Positions 28,574-36,299 of a DNA stretch of 64,000 nt are shown in pieces. The stretch comes from Mageeibacillus sp. UBA1212 (GTDB lineage Bacteria > Bacillota > Clostridia > UBA1212). The DNA lies in the NCBI GenBank assembly GCA_002309655.1, contig DBXM01000003.1, forward strand, positions 21,078 through 85,077, given 5' to 3'. The notes below the pieces were generated by a model. The model made no database searches. It was not told the DNA's origin and saw only the letters and a program-made list of their open reading frames with translations. The number at the start of each line of letters is the position of its first letter. Position 1 is the first letter of the stretch. The translations under genes were made by a program, and so were the position numbers.

Positions 28574-28692
28574 GGAAAATCCACAACTTGGAAAATCCAC
28601 CGTTTCCCGGAAAATAGTCGTTTCTCCGCGGGAAATCCACAGTCCGGAAAATCCACCGTTTCCCGGAAAATAGTCGTTTCTCCGCGGGAAAT
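28574..28692 (-). repeat. Repeat cluster in reverse orientation, including two identical 47-mers with a 56-bp period
   Basis: GGAAAATCCAC at 28574, 28590 and 28646. Identical 47-mers occupy 28590-28636 and 28646-28692. Confidence 0.9.
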
Positions 28693-28704
28693 ATCCGCGA
28701 AAAG

Positions 28705-29739
28705 TTACATAAACTCCTTGTGCACGCAGTCGGCCTCGAGCGACTCAAGCACCGAGTTGAAGCTGTCGTTCCTGCAGTAAGGCGGGCACTTCGTCACGTC
28801 GATATTCTCGTAAACCATCCATTTTCTGTAAGAGTTCCAGACCTCTTCCAGCGTCTTTCCCTCCCCGCGCATGTCGCCGATCAGGAAATCCGGTTCCTGC
28901 CGGTGGTGGAGGCACGCGAAAACCTTCGCGTCGGCGGTGATGACCGTCGAGAAGAACATACCCCTGCACTTTGAGTAGTTTCTGCAATTCCCGTCACAGA
29001 ATTTGGTGTATTTCTGAAGCGAGGCCTTCACCAGGAAATTCTCGTCCTCGTATTCGTCCTTCAGCCGTTCGTATTCGTCCGAAATGTCCGTTCTGTCGCC
29101 GGTGAACGGTCGGAACTGGGCCGCGCCGACGCCGCACTTCTTGCAGAGCGCCACGAACGCCTCCATATCTTTTACCGTTCCCGCCCCTGTCAGGAACCCC
29201 GCCGTGAACGAAACCGGAGAGCCGGTCTCGCGTTTGACATCCGCCATCATTTTCATGTTTTCGCACACTTTTTCGAAGGCTTTTGCGGGCATTCCGTGCG
29301 TTTTCATGTACATTTCCGGCGTGCCGGCATCTAGACTGATGCGGAAATAGGTGCAGTATTTGGCAATCGCCTCGCATTTTTCACGCGTGAGAGCAAGGCC
29401 GTTGCTGTTGAGGCCGATCTCCATGCCGGCGTTTTTGATGAGTTCAAGCGTCCGGATAAAGTCCGGGTGGAGGAGCGGTTCGCCGCCGCCGCTAACGATA
29501 ACGCCTCTGTTGCCGAGGTTTTTAAGACCGTTCACAATCATGACGATCTCGTCCCAGGTGAGCTGGCTGCCGTTCTCCTTGACGCCGACGCAAAGCGGGC
29601 AGTTGTTGTTGCACTTGTTGGTCAGGTCAAACTCGGTGACGATGAGCGTCTTGCCGCCGTTGAAAAAGTGGTCGAGCTTGTCGATATGGTGAAGAATCTT
29701 CTCGCTTGAATTGAAAGAATTGAATACGGTTTTGTTCAT
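28705..29739 (-). CDS. Radical SAM protein with a Cys-rich C-terminal (auxiliary cluster-like) region
   Basis: 344 aa. CNNNCPLCVG (CxxxCxxC) and GGGEPLL. The C-terminal region contains CDGNCRNYSKC, ACL and CPPYC. Confidence 0.8.
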   Translation of the reverse strand: MNKTVFNSFNSSEKILHHIDKLDHFFNGGKTLIVTEFDLTNKCNNNCPLCVGVKENGSQLTWDEIVMIVNGLKNLGNRGVIVSGGGEPLLHPDFIRTLELIKNAGMEIGLNSNGLALTREKCEAIAKYCTYFRISLDAGTPEMYMKTHGMPAKAFEKVCENMKMMADVKRETGSPVSFTAGFLTGAGTVKDMEAFVALCKKCGVGAAQFRPFTGDRTDISDEYERLKDEYEDENFLVKASLQKYTKFCDGNCRNYSKCRGMFFSTVITADAKVFACLHHRQEPDFLIGDMRGEGKTLEEVWNSYRKWMVYENIDVTKCPPYCRNDSFNSVLESLEADCVHKEFM

Positions 29740-29760
29740 GAAATTCTCCTTTGCCGGCCG

Positions 29761-30543
29761 TCAGAAGCCTGCCTTGCGCACAGTCGCGACCGCTTCGAGC
29801 AGGTTTTCGCGGTGGTCTCCGTTGATCACGCCCTCGAAGGTGGCGCAGCCGTCGTAGCCCGCTTTCCCGAAAGCGTTCCTGAGCGCCGTGAATTCCTCGA
29901 CATCGTCGGTTTTCGGGTACTCGCGGAAATGTTTAATGCTGGAAAGGTGAACGTGGCGGATCTTGCCGCAGTAGTTCGCGATGTCGTCGATTGATTCACC
30001 GCCCAGAACAGTGTGAAAATAGTCGATGTGAAGACCTACGCCGTCGCCGTCGAGCGCATCCGCGATCTCCGATGCCTCCCTGGCCGTGTTTATGAAGTTG
30101 CACTCCTCTTTGCGAAGCTCCTCGATCGCGACGGTGTAGCCGAACTCGCGGGTGAGCGGCAGAATCGCCTCCGCGAGAACATCCTTAAAGCGCTTCAACG
30201 CCTCGCCGTGGTCCATTCCCTCTGGAATTCTTCGCGCGCTGCCCGAACCCAGAACGACAACCTCGCCGCCAAGGATCTTCGCCTTCGGCAGAACGGTTTT
30301 CAGGTACTCCCGTACGGCGCCGTAGCCTTCCGGACCTTCAAGAAGCCGGATATTTCCCGGAAGCATTCCGTTGAACGCCGCGCAGAAAATACCCATGTCG
30401 TCCGCGGCGCGGCGGGCCTCCTTCAGCTCGTCGTCAGATTCCTGCGCCAGCGTAAAAAGTGCCGGCTCGAAGCAGTCGCAGCCGCACTCTTTCAGCAGCG
30501 TGATTTGAGGAATTTTCCAGCCGTAGCAGGCTCCGATCTTCAC
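29761..30543 (-). CDS. Sugar phosphate isomerase/epimerase (xylose isomerase-like TIM barrel)
   Basis: 260 aa. Overall resemblance to the AP endonuclease 2/TIM-barrel family (VAIEELR, HIDYFH). Confidence 0.6.
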   Translation of the reverse strand: MKIGACYGWKIPQITLLKECGCDCFEPALFTLAQESDDELKEARRAADDMGIFCAAFNGMLPGNIRLLEGPEGYGAVREYLKTVLPKAKILGGEVVVLGSGSARRIPEGMDHGEALKRFKDVLAEAILPLTREFGYTVAIEELRKEECNFINTAREASEIADALDGDGVGLHIDYFHTVLGGESIDDIANYCGKIRHVHLSSIKHFREYPKTDDVEEFTALRNAFGKAGYDGCATFEGVINGDHRENLLEAVATVRKAGF

Positions 30544-30681
30544 AAAATCATCTCCTTAATAAGATTCCGTTCTATTTTACCGCAAAAACCTCTTTTCGGC
30601 AACGATTTTCAGTCTTTTTAAAGAATTCCCGGATTCATTCACGAAGTGTCCCGCCGCCTAACCCTGCAAAACCGGTTGAAA

Positions 30682-30721
30682 CCTTCCCGCAGCCTTCCCA
30701 AAGCCTTCCCAAAGCCTTCCC
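30682..30721. repeat. Four CCTTCCC boxes with an exact 11-bp period
   Basis: CCTTCCC at 30682, 30693, 30704 and 30715, followed by looser TCTTCC/TCCTTCC copies up to about 30768. The boxes lie in a divergent promoter region. Confidence 0.85.
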
Positions 30722-30772
30722 GCTGTCTTCCTGAAATCTTCCTTAAATCGTCCGGAATCCTTCCGATTTTAC

Positions 30773-30801
30773 TTCACAAACGTTCCGGAATATGGTACAA
30801 T
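30773..30801 (+). promoter_or_regulatory. Extended -10 promoter of the zinc-ribbon gene
   Basis: TTCACA (30773-30778), a 17-nt spacer, then TGgTACAAT (30793-30801). Confidence 0.5.
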
Positions 30802-30845
30802 ATATGTCGAAAAATGCCTTTGCGGCAACGAAAGGGGGCTTTCCA

Positions 30846-31187
30846 ATGAAATTGGTTTGCGAATATTGCGACGCTTACGTCGATGTCACGGAAAACAACA
30901 TTTGCCCGGTGTGCAACGCACCGCTCGGACCGGCAGTCATAGCTGAACGTAACAGACTGAAAAAAGAAGAAGACGAACGGCAGGCCAGACAAGCCGCCCT
31001 TATCAAGTCCCAGCAGGAAGCCGCAAAAGAGCAGGAGCGTATGCGCATGATCGGAGCGATCGCCAGTTCTGTCGCCAGCGGACTCATCGGATACTCGACG
31101 GGTTCCAGAGCGTCCAGGCTGAGAGGTCCCGGATCGGGCATCCTTTCCAAACTCGGCAAGAAAGCGCTTTCATCTATTTTTAAGTAA
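30846..31187 (+). CDS. Small zinc-ribbon protein with a charged coiled-coil and a Gly/Ser-rich tail
   Basis: MKLVCEYCDAYVDVTENNICPVCNAPL contains CxxC...CxxC. I chose the ATG at 30846 after AAAGGGGG. Confidence 0.6.
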   Translation: MKLVCEYCDAYVDVTENNICPVCNAPLGPAVIAERNRLKKEEDERQARQAALIKSQQEAAKEQERMRMIGAIASSVASGLIGYSTGSRASRLRGPGSGILSKLGKKALSSIFK

Positions 31188-31236
31188 TTTTTGTATGTAA
31201 GATTAAGTATTTTTGGAATGGAAGACTAAAAGAAGG

Positions 31237-31269
31237 ATCCGCGGAAAAACAGTCGGTTTTTCCGCGGAT
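31237..31269. terminator. Bidirectional intrinsic terminator between convergent genes
   Basis: 14-bp perfect stem ATCCGCGGAAAAAC / GTTTTTCCGCGGAT with a 5-nt loop. Confidence 0.7.
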
Positions 31270-31304
31270 TCCCTTTTATCCAGCCCTTCCGGGCTATTAA
31301 TCTT

Positions 31305-31811
31305 TTATTCCTCGTTGCGTCCGCAGCACTTCTTGTACTTCTTGCCGCTTCCGCACGGGCACGGGTCGTTCCTGCCAACTTTGGTGCTGACCGCCTGAAC
31401 GTCCTTCCTGTACTGCGTCCTGATCGCGATCCTCTCGTCCGCGTCAAGAATTCCGTCCCACTCTTCAAGCTCGTAGAGCCAGGGCGCCTTCGCCTTATTC
31501 ATATTGTAGTAAAGCTTTTTCCAGTCGATGTCGAGAACAACGTTCGAGTCGGCCTCGAGAGTCTCAACCTCGATCTGCGAATTGAGCGAAGTGTTGATTC
31601 CGTCGATAAACGCTGTCACCTCAAAAGGCTCCAGCCCGAATTTTTCGGCCAGCTCGCCAACTTTTCCCTCGATCCTGTTCTCGCGGGCAGCCAGAATCGC
31701 CGCGTAGGCGTCCTTTTCTTTTCCAAAATACTCCCTGATGTAGGCGTTAACGCGCTCCGCTCCCAGAACGGAGTCGTCGGTTTTTTCCTGCCAGATAGAA
31801 TAAAGTCCCAT
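31305..31811 (-). CDS. SEC-C metal-binding motif protein
   Basis: 168 aa with C-terminal [16 protein letters not shown]. Confidence 0.75.
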   Translation of the reverse strand: MGLYSIWQEKTDDSVLGAERVNAYIREYFGKEKDAYAAILAARENRIEGKVGELAEKFGLEPFEVTAFIDGINTSLNSQIEVETLEADSNVVLDIDWKKLYYNMNKAKAPWLYELEEWDGILDADERIAIRTQYRKDVQAVSTKVGRNDPCPCGSGKKYKKCCGRNEE

Positions 31812-31871
31812 TTTTATCTCCTTGATTTGTGTTTAATAATTTTGCTTTGTGTATCGTTTGCAACGTTAATT

Positions 31872-32729
31872 TCATTTAACGTTTGCGAAGCTTTTCCTCG
31901 CTTTTTCGTAAATGAGCAGCGCCGCCGCAACGGATGCGTTCAGCGATTCGGCCTTTCCGGGCATCGGAATTGTGAGAAGAGTGTCGCAGCAGGCGACCGC
32001 CTCGGCCGTAAGTCCGTTGGCCTCGTTCCCGATAACTATCGCCGATTTTCCCTCAAAACTCTCCTCGAAGCACGTGTGCCCGCCCCTCGGGTGCGCCGCG
32101 TAAACGGTAAATCCGGCGTTTTGAAGTCTGCCGAACGCCTCGCGCGCGCTCGAAGTCGCTATCCTCAGTACCGGAATGTGAAAAATCGAGCCCACGGTCG
32201 AACGGATCGTCTTCGGGTTGTATGCGTCAACGCAGCCCTTCATCAAAATGACAGCGTCGAACCCTGCCGCGTCCGCCGTTCTGATTACGGTTCCGAGGTT
32301 TCCCGGGTCCTGAACGTTTTCCAGAACCACGACAGCGTTTCCGGAAAGGCACTCCTCCTCGCCTGCGCCGCCCATTCCGAAAACCGCTCCGATCCCCTGC
32401 GGCGTCTCGGTGAGACTGACAGACTCGAAAACCGGGTCGCTTAAAACGAGCGCCTCCTCAAGAACCTTTTCGACCGCATGCGCGTATCGCGGACCGCCCG
32501 GCCCTTCAGCGGAAGGCGTCAGCAGCTCGCCGCAGATCTTCCGGAACCCCTCCGCGGACGCGAACGACTCGGAAAAAACGATCTTCCTGACGTCGGCGCC
32601 GCTCTTGATCCCCTCGGAAACCACGTTCAGTCCCTCCGCGAAAAACACCCTGTGCTCTTCCCGGTATTTCTTTTGCGACAGGCTTTTCAAAAATCTGACC
32701 TGTTCGTTTTTGAAACTCGTTACAACCAT
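31872..32729 (-). CDS. TrmH/SpoU-family RNA 2'-O-methyltransferase
   Basis: 285 aa with motifs NVQDPGNLGTVIRTADAAG, IGNEANGL and ESLNASVAAALLIYE. Confidence 0.85.
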   Translation of the reverse strand: MVVTSFKNEQVRFLKSLSQKKYREEHRVFFAEGLNVVSEGIKSGADVRKIVFSESFASAEGFRKICGELLTPSAEGPGGPRYAHAVEKVLEEALVLSDPVFESVSLTETPQGIGAVFGMGGAGEEECLSGNAVVVLENVQDPGNLGTVIRTADAAGFDAVILMKGCVDAYNPKTIRSTVGSIFHIPVLRIATSSAREAFGRLQNAGFTVYAAHPRGGHTCFEESFEGKSAIVIGNEANGLTAEAVACCDTLLTIPMPGKAESLNASVAAALLIYEKARKSFANVK

Positions 32730-32888
32730 CTGCGCGTTCCTCCGAAAATCCGATCCGCGTTCTCCGCAGCTCTACACGCCGGCGCACGGTGCACCTTTAT
32801 GCCTGCCGTCCGTCTGCCGGAATTCCCCTAAAAAAAGGATGCTTTGAATTCCGTTCCGGAACCGCCGCACCCTTTTTCCTCATTATTG

Positions 32889-33236
32889 TCAGGCTTTAAC
32901 CTGTTCAACAAGTTTTGCGAATCCTTCGCTGTCGTTGACTGCCATGTCGGCGAGAATCTTTCTGTCGAGGGCAATGCCGTTCTTCTTAAGATCGTTCATA
33001 AGCCTGCTGTAGCTCGTTCCGTTGATTCTGGCGGCCGCGTTGATTCTGGTGATCCAGAGTTTTCTGAAATCTCTCTTCTTGGCGCGTCTGTCGCGGTAAG
33101 CATAGTTGGCAGATCTGATGACAGCCTGGTTGGCCATCTTGAAGACTGTGCTCTTTCTTCCGAAGTAACCCTTCGCGAGCTTGATAACTTTCCTGCGTCT
33201 TGCTCTTGTAGCAACTGAATTCTTAACTCTTGACAT
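32889..33236 (-). CDS. rplT: 50S ribosomal protein L20
   Basis: [29 protein letters not shown]..., 115 aa. Confidence 0.97.
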   Translation of the reverse strand: MSRVKNSVATRARRRKVIKLAKGYFGRKSTVFKMANQAVIRSANYAYRDRRAKKRDFRKLWITRINAAARINGTSYSRLMNDLKKNGIALDRKILADMAVNDSEGFAKLVEQVKA

Positions 33237-33257
33237 GTTCGTACACCTCCCTGAAAA

Positions 33258-33455
33258 TCAGACGTAAGGCAGCATCTTCTTGACGGTTGCTGCGTTTGCG
33301 TCGGCGGCATAGAAATCTTTCCTGTGCTGCTTCTTTGACTTCCTGGTCTTGCTGACGAGTCTGTGACGTCTGAAGGCGTGAGTCATTTTGACTTTTCCGT
33401 TAGCGGTGACTCTGAATCTCTTCTTAGAGGCGCTGTGTGTTTTAAGCTTTGGCAT
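33258..33455 (-). CDS. rpmI: 50S ribosomal protein L35
   Basis: MPKLKTHSASKKRFRVTANGKVK..., 65 aa. I chose the internal ATG at 33455. Confidence 0.95.
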   Translation of the reverse strand: MPKLKTHSASKKRFRVTANGKVKMTHAFRRHRLVSKTRKSKKQHRKDFYAADANAATVKKMLPYV

Positions 33456-33512
33456 AATAATGTACTTCCTTTCATCTCGCAACGGCAGCTTAAAGCCGGC
33501 GCGAATACTTAT

Positions 33513-34025
33513 TTATTTTTTGGGGGAGAACATGGCGGTCATGCGACGGCCTTCCATCTTGGGCTTTTTGTCCATGACTCCGACTTCGGAAATGCTCTCG
33601 GAAAAACGGTCGAGCAGCTCTTCCCCTGATTTGGTGTAATTCATCTCGCGACCGTAGAATTTAACGGTCACTTTAACCTTGTCTCCGTCCTGAAGGAACT
33701 TGTAGGCGCTCTTGACCTTGACCTGCAGGTCATGCTCACCGATGTTGAGCGTAAGGCGAACCTCTTTAATGTCGACGGTCTTCTGGTTCTTTTTTGCGTC
33801 CTTCTCTTTTTTGTTAAGGTCGAAAATGTACTTGCTGTAGTCCATCACCTTGCAGACAGGCGGAACGGCCATTGGCGCAACGTTCACGAGGTCAAGGTTC
33901 CTGTCCTCGGCATATTTGAGCGCAGTTTGGATATCAACGATTCCGACCTGAACGCCGTCTTCGTTGATCATGCGGACCTCTTTTGCGGTGATTTCTTCAT
34001 TGATCAAAATATCCTCTTTAGCTAT
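33513..34025 (-). CDS. infC: Translation initiation factor IF-3 with a non-canonical ATA start
   Basis: (I)AKEDILINEEITAKEVRMINEDG... matches the IF-3 N-terminus. An ATA codon at 34025-34023 lies 7 nt after GGAGGTG. The ATG-started track ORF adds an implausible 16-aa extension. Confidence 0.9.
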   Translation of the reverse strand: MAKEDILINEEITAKEVRMINEDGVQVGIVDIQTALKYAEDRNLDLVNVAPMAVPPVCKVMDYSKYIFDLNKKEKDAKKNQKTVDIKEVRLTLNIGEHDLQVKVKSAYKFLQDGDKVKVTVKFYGREMNYTKSGEELLDRFSESISEVGVMDKKPKMEGRRMTAMFSPKK

Positions 34026-34029
34026 GACG

Positions 34030-34170
34030 CAACACCTCCATTGCAATAAAAAAACAGTGTGCCGAAAGTCCAAAATTACCGCACACCTGTTTCCTGAAAA
34101 ACCGATTTATTAACCCGCCCGCGCATCGCGACCAAGGTGAGAAGCGGTAACTTCTGCTTTCTTGCCGGAT
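34030..34170 (-). promoter_or_regulatory. infC operon leader with a terminator-type attenuator (candidate L20 leader)
   Basis: About 140 nt lie between the promoter and the RBS. Near the 3' end is a hairpin GTGTGC...GCACAC followed by TGTTTTTTTAT (34048-34086). The position matches the L20-responsive leader known in Firmicutes. Confidence 0.5.
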
Positions 34171-34171
34171 A

Positions 34172-34201
34172 ATGATAATACATTTCCACACGCGCTGTCA
34201 A
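34172..34201 (-). promoter_or_regulatory. Promoter of the infC-rpmI-rplT operon
   Basis: The minus strand reads TTGACA (34201-34196), an 18-nt spacer, then TATCAT (34177-34172). Confidence 0.6.
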
Positions 34202-34478
34202 GTACTTTTTTCTTAAAAATCGATTTTTTCGCTTTTTTTCGGGAAAATCATATTGTTTTGCGTTAACTGCCGGTCGAAAAGGGCGGACGTATTCGGTCTG
34301 AAACACCTGCCTGCGGCACGCAATAATCTCTTATAAGTGGCGTAAATTCCTTCCGAATAATTGGTGCTAGAATCCGCCCTGTCAGTCCCTCAAATACGGT
34401 CGTGAAACCGCCGCGAAAAGCGAAACAGCGAATCCGGGATTGAACTTCGTTTTTTGCCTACAATTAGCGCAAAACTCG

Positions 34479-34498
34479 ATTGTTCCACGTGGAACAAT
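34479..34498. promoter_or_regulatory. Perfect 20-bp palindrome ATTGTTCCACGTGGAACAAT (candidate operator or hairpin)
   Basis: Read directly from the sequence. It lies in a roughly 600-bp non-coding stretch between the SBP gene and infC. Confidence 0.4.
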
Positions 34499-34560
34499 TA
34501 TCGGCGATTTGAAAACAGTTTTCGTAAGCCGGTATTCCCGCCGATTGTAGCCCTTTCGAG

Positions 34561-34595
34561 AACAAAAAAGAGAGGTTCCAAAACGGTTCCTCTCT
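34561..34595 (-). terminator. Intrinsic terminator after the solute-binding protein gene
   Basis: The minus strand reads AGAGAGGAACCGTTTTGGAACCTCTCT followed by TTTTTTG. Confidence 0.65.
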
Positions 34596-34635
34596 GTTAA
34601 AAATAACCGCTTTCTATGCGGGAATGAGCCGCGCT

Positions 34636-36048
34636 TCAACTGTTGTCATTGATTTCTTTCAGCGCCTCGTTTGCCTCCGTTTCAAGCGCCGTCAGTATCG
34701 AGGTCAGGTCTTTTGTGCCGTTCACCACATCGGGAACAAGAGTACTCATATATCTGTTCACAATCGTCGCGACTTTGACCGGAAGCACCGCTTCCACCAT
34801 CCCCGCCGTTGCATCTTCCGGATGGCGGATAAACGCGTCATAGTTCTTGCCGTTCACAGGGTCATCGGAGATGTCCGGATAAGAAAGCCTCCAGGTCTTT
34901 CCCTCGGCGAGCGACTTAATACACGGAATCGTTCTGCCATCCTGGCTGCAATACACGCTCTGTCCTTCCCGAGTGACTATTGACAGGCAGAGCGCCGCCG
35001 CGGCATCTTGATTGCGTGTACCGCCGAAAACCGCAAATCCGGTTGCGTACAAACCGGTCTTCGGCACGGGAAAGCGCGGCATCGAAACCACGTTCCAGTC
35101 AACCCCCTTCTCTTCGTAAGCCTTCCCGGTCTTCCCAAAATCGAAAAACGTGACGTCGTTGAACGCGATCTCCGTCTCGGCATCGTAATCCGCCAGCGCC
35201 TTCTGCCCTTCGGTTTTGACTGCGGCAGGAAAGTACTTCGAAATGGTGTATTTACATATGTTTGACTCGACCAGAGAGATCATCTCCTGTATTCCTTCAA
35301 CGACATGTTCGTCGGAAATGAAGCGAAGCTCTTCGTGTTCCTGCCAGAACTCCCGGTCATACCAGTGGCCGCCGAATCCTTCCATGAACGGAATGTAGAT
35401 TCCGCTGTTCCCGAGCTGTAGCGAGCAACCGACCGCCCTGCCGGATTCATCCGCGAACGTAAGCGCTCTGCAATACTCTTTGAAAACGTCCCACGTCCAC
35501 TCGTTTTTCGCTTCAAGCTCGACCGGATCGGCGAGCCCCGCGGCTTTGACAAGATCCCGGTTGTATTTCAAAACAAACCGGTCCGACATGCACGGAGCTG
35601 CATACATTCTTCCGTTAACCATGCAAGAGTTCAGTACAGTCGGATCTACATCATCCAGAGATATTTCGAGTGCTTCCGCAAAAACATCAAGCGCTCTCAG
35701 CGCACCGTACTCCGAAACATATTGGGGAACATCCGCCAACAGGACGGAAACAACGTCACCGAGCGATTTCGCCGCAATTGAAGTCTGAAAATCCGGATGA
35801 TCGTGAATATACTCGACCTGAACAGTTACGTCCGGATACCCGGCCCGGAACGAATTCACCCATGCGTTCACGGCCCTCTCACTCGCCCCGTTTATCTCCT
35901 CATAGTACTGAAGTCTGATTTTGCCGCACGGTGTAACGTGGTAGCCGGAAACCTCATCAGTTCCCGGCTTACGGCACGAGGCAATACACACAGCCAGCGC
36001 AACTGCCAAAACAGCCGCAACAATTGCCTTAAACACTTCTTTTTTCAT
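34636..36048 (-). CDS. ABC transporter extracellular solute-binding lipoprotein (sugar-type), without adjacent permease genes
   Basis: MKKEVFKAIVAAVLAVALAVCIASC has a lipobox. It is about 470 aa with family-1 SBP-like composition. I chose the ATG at 36048. Confidence 0.7.
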   Translation of the reverse strand: MKKEVFKAIVAAVLAVALAVCIASCRKPGTDEVSGYHVTPCGKIRLQYYEEINGASERAVNAWVNSFRAGYPDVTVQVEYIHDHPDFQTSIAAKSLGDVVSVLLADVPQYVSEYGALRALDVFAEALEISLDDVDPTVLNSCMVNGRMYAAPCMSDRFVLKYNRDLVKAAGLADPVELEAKNEWTWDVFKEYCRALTFADESGRAVGCSLQLGNSGIYIPFMEGFGGHWYDREFWQEHEELRFISDEHVVEGIQEMISLVESNICKYTISKYFPAAVKTEGQKALADYDAETEIAFNDVTFFDFGKTGKAYEEKGVDWNVVSMPRFPVPKTGLYATGFAVFGGTRNQDAAAALCLSIVTREGQSVYCSQDGRTIPCIKSLAEGKTWRLSYPDISDDPVNGKNYDAFIRHPEDATAGMVEAVLPVKVATIVNRYMSTLVPDVVNGTKDLTSILTALETEANEALKEINDNS

Positions 36049-36299
36049 CTTGTCGCCTTCCGTTCCCGTCAAATCACTCATTCAATTCCACTACGCACCG
36101 CTTTGTCAACACGCACCTGCAAAACGAACAAATTCCAGTATTATCAGTGTAGCGCCGAATTATTGATTTTACCTTGAAAAGCTACCGTTTTGCCGCCTGC
36201 ACCGGAATCCTGAGGATTCCCAAACTTGCTTCTTTACAAAGCGTGAACGTTCGTATAAACTTAACGTATAAAAATCCCGCAAGCAAAGGAACGCGCAAC

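Noticed and set aside
28440-28748. 102-aa minus-strand ORF spanning the repeat cluster. Related ORFs with WIFR/RWFLRKYF peptides lie at 23105..23542 and 24631..24813.
   Set aside because: Their apparent peptide periodicity simply mirrors the DNA repeats. They overlap the ends of well-supported genes and have no RBS.
34076-34639. Small ORFs (34076..34306 and 34382..34639, minus strand) in the region upstream of infC
   Set aside because: They have basic, low-complexity translations and overlap the predicted promoter, leader and terminator elements. No RBS was found.
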